Of a DNA stretch of 64,000 nt, positions 56,053-64,000 are shown in pieces (position 1 is the first letter of the stretch; each line of letters begins with the position of its first letter). The notes beneath the pieces are model-generated. The model worked only from the letters and a program-made list of their open reading frames with translations, was not told where the DNA came from and did no database searches. The DNA is from Polyangiaceae bacterium (lineage in GTDB: Bacteria; Myxococcota_A; Polyangia; Polyangiales; Polyangiaceae): contig CBDCTZ010000008.1 in NCBI GenBank assembly GCA_965222375.1, positions 454,514 through 518,513 of the forward strand. Reading direction: 5' to 3'. A program made the translations under genes and the position numbers.

Positions 56053-57132
56053 ATGCCGACTGCCGCGCCCCAACGACCCAGACTTGCATACATCATCAGC
56101 ACCCTCGACATGGGCGGTGCCGAAGTCCAGTTGGTCAATACGCTCAATGCGTTACCGGATGGCGTCGACGCTGTCGTCTACGTGCTCCGAGACCAACTGG
56201 CACTGCTTGACAAGCTCACCGCAAGCCGCGTGCGGATCGAGGTAATTGGGCTGAGCGCTCGCTGGGATCTGAGAGGCTGGCTGCGTTTGGCTCGCGAACT
56301 CAGGGACTTCCGACCTGAGGTAATCCACTCGCATATGCTCCTATCCAACTGGGCGGCACGAGCGCTCGCTCCTCTCTGCGGTCGCCCACGCGTCGTCAAC
56401 CAAGAGCATGGGCTCTCCAAGTGGAAGGGATTCGTGGTGAATCGGGTCGATCGATTCACGCAACAACTCGCCGACAGGATTATCGTGGTCAGCCGCGCTA
56501 GCCGTGCGACGCGCATCGCGGACGCGGGTCTCGATCCAAAACGCGTCACCGTGCTTCCAAACGCAATCGAGTGGGGGCGCTTCAGCCGAGTCCGGCGCGT
56601 GCCCGATGACCACGCAGGCCCGACATGGGGCATTGCGGCACGCTTGACCTGGGTCAAGCGAATCGACATGGCAATGGAGCTGCTTGCACTGAGTCGAAAG
56701 AACGGCCAAAACCCGAGGCTGCTGATCGCAGGGGATGGTCCGGACCGAAGGAAACTCGAGGCCGCTGCAGAGCGCCTCGGTGTTGCGGATGCTGTGACGT
56801 TCCTGGGCCGGGTGAGCGACATGCCGTCGTTCTACGAGAAGGTGGACATGGTAGTGCTCACCTCCTCGTCTGAGGACTGCCCCATGACGGTCTTGGAGGC
56901 GCTGGCCGCAGGACGCTTCGTTGCCAGCACGCCCGTGGGCGGCGTCCCCGAACTCATCGAGGGCCTGACCGACGTGGAATTGATCGACGAAGATGACTTG
57001 GCAACCAGTGCGGAGAAGCTGGGGAAGGTGCCTGCTGGATTTGATTCGCCAGAAAATCGGGCCGCCGCCGAACGCTTCGACGTGAAGAAACATCTTCAGG
57101 AACTCTACGAAATCTATGGGTTTGCCCCCTAG
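56053..57132 (+). CDS. GT4 glycosyltransferase
   Basis: MGGAEVQL, VIHSH, VLPNAI, RLTWVKR, EDCPMTVLEALAAG. Confidence 0.92.
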   Translation: MPTAAPQRPRLAYIISTLDMGGAEVQLVNTLNALPDGVDAVVYVLRDQLALLDKLTASRVRIEVIGLSARWDLRGWLRLARELRDFRPEVIHSHMLLSNWAARALAPLCGRPRVVNQEHGLSKWKGFVVNRVDRFTQQLADRIIVVSRASRATRIADAGLDPKRVTVLPNAIEWGRFSRVRRVPDDHAGPTWGIAARLTWVKRIDMAMELLALSRKNGQNPRLLIAGDGPDRRKLEAAAERLGVADAVTFLGRVSDMPSFYEKVDMVVLTSSSEDCPMTVLEALAAGRFVASTPVGGVPELIEGLTDVELIDEDDLATSAEKLGKVPAGFDSPENRAAAERFDVKKHLQELYEIYGFAP

Positions 57133-58211
57133 AGTCCGTCCAAAACAGCGTCCGCGCGCCGGCGCCAGGTATGCTGCGCTTCGAGCTTGGCGCGAGCCGC
57201 TCGACCCAAGCGCGCGCGCAAAGCTGGATCGCGAAGGGAGTCGATTGCAGCTGCCCAGGAACTGCGGTCTGTGGCGGCGGCAAGTAGCGCATCCTCTCCT
57301 TCAGTCAAGATCTCGCGCATTACGGGAAAATCCGAACATACGATAGCCTTGCCGTAAGCCATGTACTCGAAAAGCTTCATGGGCGAGATCCAACGAATGT
57401 GCGGCGTGTCAGGTTGGTAGGGCGCTAGCATCACGTCGAGCTTTTCATAGTCATCCGCAAGCTGCGCTGGTCTGACAAAGCCATGGAAGGTCAGGTTGGC
57501 CAGGGGCCCGGCCTTACTCCGTGCATCACGCACGTCTGATTCGGTGCCGCCGATGACGTGGAAATCGACGTCGGGCAGGTGCTTCGCCAGATCCGACACC
57601 ACATGCACGCCATAGCCGGAGAAGAACGAGCCGACGTACCCGACCTGCAACCGACCGCTGGCCGCGCTCGGCGGATGCTGCCGTGCGGGCACCGGATCCG
57701 CCGCGTCGTGCGCGACGACTACTTTCTCGAGAGAGAGCGACGGGAACATTTCACGGTAGGCTTCACGGAGAGCGTCCGAAATCACGACCAGACGACGAAA
57801 GCCCGGTTGTCGAAAAAGCCACCGCTCGAGAATCTCCTGGCCACGATGGCGAGGTCGCCAGTGGGATTCGAACGCGAATGGAACGCCGGTTTTGGCGATG
57901 GCGGCCAGACAGTAGTACTCCCGCGCATAGACGAGGTCAGGTGCTGGCCGCAGCCGAAACCTGAGCCCCACGAGCGACGCGTGGGTGAGCGCTCCGACCA
58001 CGCGAACCTTGGGTCTCGGATGCTTCAGGATGCGAAAGCTTCGTGCAACTCCGTAGAACTCATGATCGCAGGGCGCAGACAGGTCCCCAGGATGCACGTA
58101 GAGCGTAACCGCGTGGCCACCCTCCGCCATGGCTTGGCACATGCGCATGACGTGGACGCTATTGGCCCCGCGCGACGGGACCGGGGCACCGGAGAGATAA
58201 GCAATCTTCAC
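57129..58211 (-). CDS. GT4 glycosyltransferase
   Basis: ANSVHVMRMCQAM, YVGSF, SPMKLFEYMAYGKAIVCSD. Confidence 0.92.
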   Translation of the reverse strand: MKIAYLSGAPVPSRGANSVHVMRMCQAMAEGGHAVTLYVHPGDLSAPCDHEFYGVARSFRILKHPRPKVRVVGALTHASLVGLRFRLRPAPDLVYAREYYCLAAIAKTGVPFAFESHWRPRHRGQEILERWLFRQPGFRRLVVISDALREAYREMFPSLSLEKVVVAHDAADPVPARQHPPSAASGRLQVGYVGSFFSGYGVHVVSDLAKHLPDVDFHVIGGTESDVRDARSKAGPLANLTFHGFVRPAQLADDYEKLDVMLAPYQPDTPHIRWISPMKLFEYMAYGKAIVCSDFPVMREILTEGEDALLAAATDRSSWAAAIDSLRDPALRARLGRAARAKLEAQHTWRRRADAVLDGL

Positions 58212-58405
58212 TGTTGCGGAGGCACCCTAGCACCAAGGCGACGAGGGCCGATGCGCCGAGACGGCACAAAAAGTCTCAGTTGAATGAACCACACTCGCCG
58301 CTCGCGCACCCCAGGACCTAGCATCTGTTCACCCCCCCCGGGCAGCGGTGCGCATCTTTTTGCCGTGCGCTCCCCCTCGCCCGCGATTACCGTCCCTCCA
58401 CCTCA

Positions 58406-59707
58406 ATGTCGAATCTCCGGAAACGCATAGACTCTGCCGACGCCCACGTCGTGGTCATGGGAATCGGCTACGTCGGCTTGCCGCTCGTCGCCGAGTTCGC
58501 GCGAGCTGGATTTCGCGTAACGGGCCTGGACAAGGACCCAGAGAAGGTCAGGCTGCTAAACGTCGGGGAGTCCTATATTTCTGACGTACCAGCATCGGAT
58601 CTGGCTCCTCACGTGGCGTCGAAGCGCCTCACCGCGACTGTCGAAGCAAGCGTGCTTGCTGAGGCCGACGCCGTTGTGGTGTGCGTACCCACACCGCTGA
58701 ACAAAACCAAAGATCCAGACATGCGCTTCATCGTCGACGCAACTGACGAGATCGCGCGCTTTCAGCACGACGGGATGGTTGTGGTGTTGGAGTCCACGAC
58801 ATACCCCGGAACGACGAGTGAGGTTCTGGTGCCAAAGCTGACGGAAAACGGCTTTGAGCTGGGCAAGCGCATCTTTGTCGCGTTCTCGCCCGAGCGCGTG
58901 GACCCCGGCAACGAAGTCTACAAGACGAAGAACACGCCCAAAGTCCTTGGGGGCGCTACGCCCGCTTGTCTCGAGATGGCGACGCTGCTGTACGCAAAGA
59001 TCATCGACACGCTGGTACCGGTGTCCTCCCCCGAAGCTGCCGAGATGGTCAAGCTACTCGAAAACACGTTTCGTGCGGTCAACATCGGATTGGTCAACGA
59101 GGTGGCGATGATGAGCCGCCGCCTCGGCCTGGACCCCTTCGAAGTCATCCGCGCGGCCGCCACCAAGCCGTTCGGGTTCATGCCCTTCTACCCGGGGCCC
59201 GGGCTGGGCGGGCACTGCATCCCCATTGACCCCCTCTACCTCTCTTGGAAGCTGCGCACCCTGAAGTACCAGGCGCGCTTCATCGAGCTCGCGGACACCA
59301 TCAACAGCGCAATGCCCTCCTATGTGGTCGAGCGGATCACGCAAGCGTTGAACTCTCATGCAAAGGCAGTCCGCGGGTCGAAGATCCTCGTCTACGGAGT
59401 CGCTTACAAGCGGGATGTCAATGACATCCGCGAAAGCCCCGCCTTGACGATCATTCACGAATTGACCACGCGTGGCGCGGACGTCGAGTACCACGACCCC
59501 TACGTCCCCATTTTCGAAGAGGACGGAGTGTCCCTTTCGAGCGTCGACGTCGACGACAGCTTGGCTAAATACGATGCTGTCGTCGTGGTCACGGACCATT
59601 CCGATATGGACAAGGCTCGGCTGATGCGGGAGGCCCGCCTGATCGTGGACACTCGCGACGCCCTGCGCGGAGTCGATGGGGACCGCAGCAAAGTGCACGG
59701 GCTCTGA
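58406..59707 (+). CDS. UDP-GlcNAc/ManNAc 6-dehydrogenase (WbpA-like)
   Basis: GIGYVGLPL, CVPTP, ESTTYPGTT, FSPERVDPGN, KLLENTFR, GLGGHCIPIDP, YKRDVNDIRESP. Confidence 0.93.
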   Translation: MSNLRKRIDSADAHVVVMGIGYVGLPLVAEFARAGFRVTGLDKDPEKVRLLNVGESYISDVPASDLAPHVASKRLTATVEASVLAEADAVVVCVPTPLNKTKDPDMRFIVDATDEIARFQHDGMVVVLESTTYPGTTSEVLVPKLTENGFELGKRIFVAFSPERVDPGNEVYKTKNTPKVLGGATPACLEMATLLYAKIIDTLVPVSSPEAAEMVKLLENTFRAVNIGLVNEVAMMSRRLGLDPFEVIRAAATKPFGFMPFYPGPGLGGHCIPIDPLYLSWKLRTLKYQARFIELADTINSAMPSYVVERITQALNSHAKAVRGSKILVYGVAYKRDVNDIRESPALTIIHELTTRGADVEYHDPYVPIFEEDGVSLSSVDVDDSLAKYDAVVVVTDHSDMDKARLMREARLIVDTRDALRGVDGDRSKVHGL

Positions 59708-59731
59708 GCTTGCACTAGGAGCGAACACTTC

Positions 59732-60664
59732 ATGCGATATCTGGTAACAGGCGGAGCTGGGTTCATCGGCTCGCATCTAGTAGACGCGTTGATCGCGGAT
59801 GGCGCCGACGTCGTAGTGCTCGACAACTTGTCGACTGGGCGCCGCGAGAATCTCAGCCATCTGGACGGAAAGATCCGCTTCATCGAAGGCGACATCCGCT
59901 CCCTCGATGTGGTGGAGGGGGCCGTGAACGGCTGCGACGGGGTTTGGCATCAGGCGGCCCTGCCATCCGTACCGCGCTCCATGAAGGATCCGCTATCGAC
60001 CCATGACGTCAATGCCACTGGCACGGTCAACGTACTCTGGGCTGCGCACCGAGCGGGAGCCCGTCGTGTGGTCCTGGCGTCATCATCGTCGGTTTATGGG
60101 GACACACCGACCCTACCTAAGATTGAAGGCATGGAGCTCCTGCCCAAGTCCCCCTATGCGGCGAGCAAGCTAACCGACGAAGTGTACGCCGCCGCTTTCA
60201 CTCGCGGCCACGGGCTGGAAACCGTCGCGCTGCGTTACTTCAATGTCTTCGGCCCCCGGCAGGATCCGATGTCGCCCTACGCTGCGGTGATACCGATTTG
60301 GCTTCGCCGAATGCGAGAAGGTTCCTCCCCAGTGATCTTCGGTGACGGCAAACAGTCCCGGGACTTCACATTCATTGACAATGTCGTCGCCGCGAACCGA
60401 CTCGCCATGGCGGCACCGGCGGCGAGCGGGCGAGCATTCAATGTTGCGGCCGGCGAGCGCGTCGTCTTGCTCGACATGGCCAAGGAACTGATGGCCGATT
60501 TCGGTTTCGACGGCGGCGTGGAGCACACTGAGCCGCGACAGGGTGACATCGAACATTCTTGGGCCGACATCTCCCAGGCTCGGGAACTACTTGGCTATGA
60601 TCCGAAGGTGAACTGGCGCGAGGGATTGCGCCGAACCGTGGCCTGGTTTCGGGACAGCGTCTGA
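59732..60664 (+). CDS. NDP-sugar 4-epimerase (WbpP/TviC-like SDR)
   Basis: TGGAGFIGSH, HQAALPSVPRS, SPYAASK, LRYFNVFGPRQDP. Confidence 0.92.
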   Translation: MRYLVTGGAGFIGSHLVDALIADGADVVVLDNLSTGRRENLSHLDGKIRFIEGDIRSLDVVEGAVNGCDGVWHQAALPSVPRSMKDPLSTHDVNATGTVNVLWAAHRAGARRVVLASSSSVYGDTPTLPKIEGMELLPKSPYAASKLTDEVYAAAFTRGHGLETVALRYFNVFGPRQDPMSPYAAVIPIWLRRMREGSSPVIFGDGKQSRDFTFIDNVVAANRLAMAAPAASGRAFNVAAGERVVLLDMAKELMADFGFDGGVEHTEPRQGDIEHSWADISQARELLGYDPKVNWREGLRRTVAWFRDSV

Positions 60665-60765
60665 CGCGTCGCGTCATCTTCGGCGGGCCGCTGATTGGTC
60701 GAGACCGGGGCCATCGCGTACGGGCTCGGAGCGCTGTGCGCCTGCGGTGATACACTTTCGCCGCA

Positions 60766-63389
60766 ATGAAGCTTCGTTCTCGTTCCTGGGCCCTTCCTTT
60801 CGTTCTGCTTGCCAGCCACGCCTTCCTGCCCGCTTGCGGGGATGACGAGGGGGGCGGAGGAGGTGGCGGCGGCCAGGCGGGTGCCGGCGCTTGCCCTCTG
60901 CCCAACGAGGAATTCGAAGCGGGCGACCCAACGGGCCACACGGATGTGTTCGGCGCGAAAGCCGCAAGCCAGGCGCGGGCGGGCAAGGTCACCGACGCCG
61001 CGCAAATCGCTCAAGCCGCACATGGTCGTCAGAAGATCCGCGTCGGCGACTACCTGCTCGCAAACGACAAGATCGCCGTCTACATCGAAGACGCGGGGCT
61101 CAGTGACGGCTATGCCCGTGGCGGCGGCGAAATCCTCGCGGTGGATCGCGTCGGCGATGACGGAAAGCCGATGGGATCGTCCTATTACGTCGAGACGCTC
61201 ATGGCCCTCGGCATCGAGATGATCAACGCCAAGAGCGTCACCGTGATCAACGACGGCTCGGACGGGGAGGCAGCGGTCGTGCGCGTGGTGGGTCCCCTCG
61301 AACCCATTCCCTTCCTCGACGGCTCTCTCGGGGTGTTGTTCTCACGCCGCTTCGGCGTGCAAGCTGCCTACGACTACGTACTCGAGCCCGGCGCCGAATC
61401 GTTCACCGTTCGTCTCGGGATGAAGAACCCGAGCGAAGACCCGATTCAGGTCGCCTTCGACACCGTCACCGACGAAATGCACGGCTTCTTCCAGCTGAAC
61501 ATGAATAAGTTCGCAACTGACGAAGCCGGCTTCGGCCAAGCCAAAGGAACCATCGCCTGGGCTGGATTCGTCAATGACGGCACCTCCTTCGCGTGGCGCG
61601 CTGCCGGCAAGGAGCCCCTGTCCTTTGGCGTCGAAATCAGCGGTTTCGTGTACACCCTCGGGCCCGGATTCGTGGTGGAAGGGTGCGAGACCTACTGGCG
61701 CGATCACGCTCAGATCATCGCCGGCGGGCCCAGCTACGACAGTCTGCGGGAGGCGATTCGACGTGTGGACGGCGAAGCCGCCTGGTCGAAAATCACCGGC
61801 GTGGTCAAGGACTCGCAGGACAGCCCCGTGGCCAAAGCCTGGGTTCACCTGACCGACCCGGGCGGCAAGTACCTGTCGCGCACTCGAGCCGACGAAAAAG
61901 GCGCGTACGCCATCCACGTGCCGCCGTCGGGCACTTCCAAGCTCGTGGCTCAGTCCAAGGGCTACCCCCTCGCCGACGGCGTGGACGTGACGGCCACGGA
62001 CGGAACCAAAGATCTGACCTTCGGACCCACAGGAGAAATCAAAGTCAGCGTCACCGACTTGCAGTCGAGCATCAAACTGCCGGCGCGAGTGCAGATCGTG
62101 CCGAAAGACAAGCCGAAGGCCACGCCAGACAGCTACGGAATTCTGGACGAACAGCGTGGACGCATCCACCAAGCCTTCGTCACGACCGGCGACATCACCC
62201 TACCCGTCCCCGTAGGCGAACATCAGGTCATCGTTTCCCGGGGCTACGAATACGAACTGGTCGAACAGACCGTGACCGTCGCCGCGGGGCAGAGCGTCGA
62301 CGTGCCGGTCGTCCTCGAGCGCAGCGTCGACAGCACTGGGGTGATGTGTGCCGACTTCCACATCCACTCTCAGTTTTCGGCGGACAGCGACGACCCCGTG
62401 GAGGCCAAAGTCGCTAGCGCCGTCGCGGACGGCCTGGACATTCCGGTTTCCAGCGAACACGAATGGGTGATCGACTTTCAACCCATCGTCGAGAAGCTCG
62501 GGCTGACCGACTTTGCTTTCGGTATGCCCAGCGAAGAGCTGACTACTTTCAACTGGGGACACTTCGGCGTGGTACCGCTGCAGCCCAAGCCGGACGAACT
62601 GAACAACGGGGCAATAGAGTGGATTGGACGCCTTGCCCCGGCGGCTTTCGACGACGTGCAAAGCCGACCCGAAGATCCGATTCTGATCGTCAATCACCCA
62701 AGCGGAGGAGACTTTTCCGCCTACTTCAGTCAGTCCCTCTTCGATCGCGACACGGCTGCGGGCAAGAACAAGGAGCTCTGGAGCACGAACTTCGACGCGG
62801 TCGAGGTCTTCAACAGTGACGACTTGGAGGACGTCCGAGACCAAGTGTTCGCGGATTGGATGGCGCTTCTGAACGCCGGCTGTCAAAGTCACGGCGGTCG
62901 GCTCATCCGACAGCCACCACATTCGAACCAAGCCTGTCGGCTATCCGCGCACCTGCATGAGCTTCGGCCACGACGACCCCAAGAAGCTCACGGCGAATAC
63001 CGTGCGCGACGCTCTGGCCACCGGCAACACGACCATTAGCGGCGGCCTGTTGATGAAGGTGGAAGGCCCCGCGGGTGAGAAGCCCGGTGACACGGTGACC
63101 GGCGCCGGTGGCAGCATCATGCTCACGGTGACGGTCCTAGCGCCGAGTTGGGTAGACGCCACGGAGCTCGAAGTATTCGTCAATGGCAAGACGCAACTGA
63201 CCGAGCCCCTGGCGCCCCTAGGCGCCGGCACGGGGAAGATGTTCGTCAACCAGGTGAACGTCGCTCTCGACACGACGCGAGAGAACTTCGTGATCCTGCA
63301 CGCCAAGGGCGCCAAGGACTTGGCTCCCCTGCACCCGGGCCGGCAGCCCTTCGCGGTCTCGAACCCGATTCTACTTCGCCAAGCCCTAG
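60766..63389 (+). pseudogene. CehA/McbA-family PHP metallohydrolase lipoprotein, interrupted by two +1 frameshifts (about 62881 and 63370)
   Basis: LPA-C lipobox, ADFHIHS, SSEH, GHFG, VNHP, AVEVFN; the SSDSH motif and VGYPRT continue in a shifted frame; a second shift gives NPIYFAKP* (TAG 63387-63389). Confidence 0.78.
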
Positions 63390-63507
63390 AGCAAAAAGGC
63401 GGCCCCGGAACTGGCTATTGTCGGGAGTTTTGGGGCGCTCTGCGCGAGAACGCCGATTTATTGATGGCAGCCCGCCCGTCCCCCCACTCACCCCAACTAG
63501 CAGAACC

Positions 63508-64000
63508 ATGGAGGCGAAGCCGCAGCACACTCTGGAGAGCATCTACGGGGCTCACTTCCAGTTTGTGTGGCGCGTGCTGCGCCGGCTCGGCGTTCGACAG
63601 CAGGACACCGGCGACGCGGTGCAGGACGTGTTCATCGTCGTGCATCGCAAGCTGGCAGACTTCCGCGGCGAGTCGAAGGTCACGACCTGGCTGTTTTCGA
63701 TCTGCATGCGTGTCGCTTCGGAACGCCGCCGGGTCGCCCACGTGCGGCGAGAGGTCCCCTTCGAGTCACCGCTGGATGTAGCAGACCGAGCAGGCAACCT
63801 GGCTGAAGAAATTGAACAGCGCGAGCTGCGCGTGCAACTGGAGCGCGTACTGGATCAGATGTCGCTCGAGCAACGCGCCGTGTTCACGCTTTTCGAGCTC
63901 GAAGGTCAGAGCTGCGAGGAGATCGCCGAACTCATGGGGATCCCTCTCGGAACCGTGTATTCCCGCCTGCGGCTGGCGCGAGGGATCTTCAAGAAGGGGG
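63508..64000 (+). CDS. ECF RNA polymerase sigma factor (3' end runs off the window)
   Basis: FVWRVLRRLG, DAVQDVFIV, SKVTTWLFSI, RAVFTLFELEG.S.EEIA..MGIPLGTVYSRL. Confidence 0.93.
   Translation, partial: MEAKPQHTLESIYGAHFQFVWRVLRRLGVRQQDTGDAVQDVFIVVHRKLADFRGESKVTTWLFSICMRVASERRRVAHVRREVPFESPLDVADRAGNLAEEIEQRELRVQLERVLDQMSLEQRAVFTLFELEGQSCEEIAELMGIPLGTVYSRLRLARGIFKKG

Noticed and set aside
63407..63430. ECF autoregulatory promoter (GGAACT)
   Set aside because: A -35-like hexamer is present, but no convincing -10 at the proper spacing, and local sequence quality is doubtful.
62957..63781. Independent 274-aa gene
   Set aside because: It is the frameshifted C-terminus of the metallohydrolase followed by off-frame read-through into the sigma factor gene.
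1..64000. rRNA, tRNA, transposase/integrase, prophage or defence genes
   Set aside because: I found no recognisable motifs by eye; a covariance-model or HMM scan could still find small elements.

Overview
GC-rich bacterial DNA, very probably Myxococcota (Polyangia-like), judging by MYXO-CTERM proteins, a Cys-rich Ser/Thr kinase and Gly-rich lipoproteins. Bases 1-12.9 kb are housekeeping: a type-2 ileS with an unusual KESKS motif and an insertion, thiE/thiG, cheR/cheW, a lipid A acyltransferase, mlaF, a wbpD-like gene, an OM barrel and a kinase. Bases 12.9-17.2 kb form a small accessory patch with an AT-rich palindrome and two candidate effector/partner pairs, one NlpC/P60-like. Bases 17-60.7 kb are a large, strand-scrambled Wzx/Wzy surface-polysaccharide region with many tailoring enzymes and interspersed surface proteins. 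The highlight lies inside it at 43.4-49.4 kb: a complete lasso-peptide cluster (B1-B2-C). Its 52-aa precursor (46651-46809, missing from the ORF track) has an Arg-rich core, AGGVRRRDGINTRAPS. Directly downstream are a eukaryote-type protein arginine methyltransferase (PRMT)-like enzyme with an RRE-like N-terminus, an HPr-kinase-like peptide kinase and a nucleotidyltransferase. This makes it a candidate Arg-methylated, C-terminally phosphorylated (and possibly glycosylated) lasso peptide system. The window ends with a CehA/McbA-type metallohydrolase carrying two +1 frameshifts and a truncated ECF sigma factor. I saw no rRNA, tRNA, CRISPR array or transposase. All calls come from motif reading; no database searches were run.
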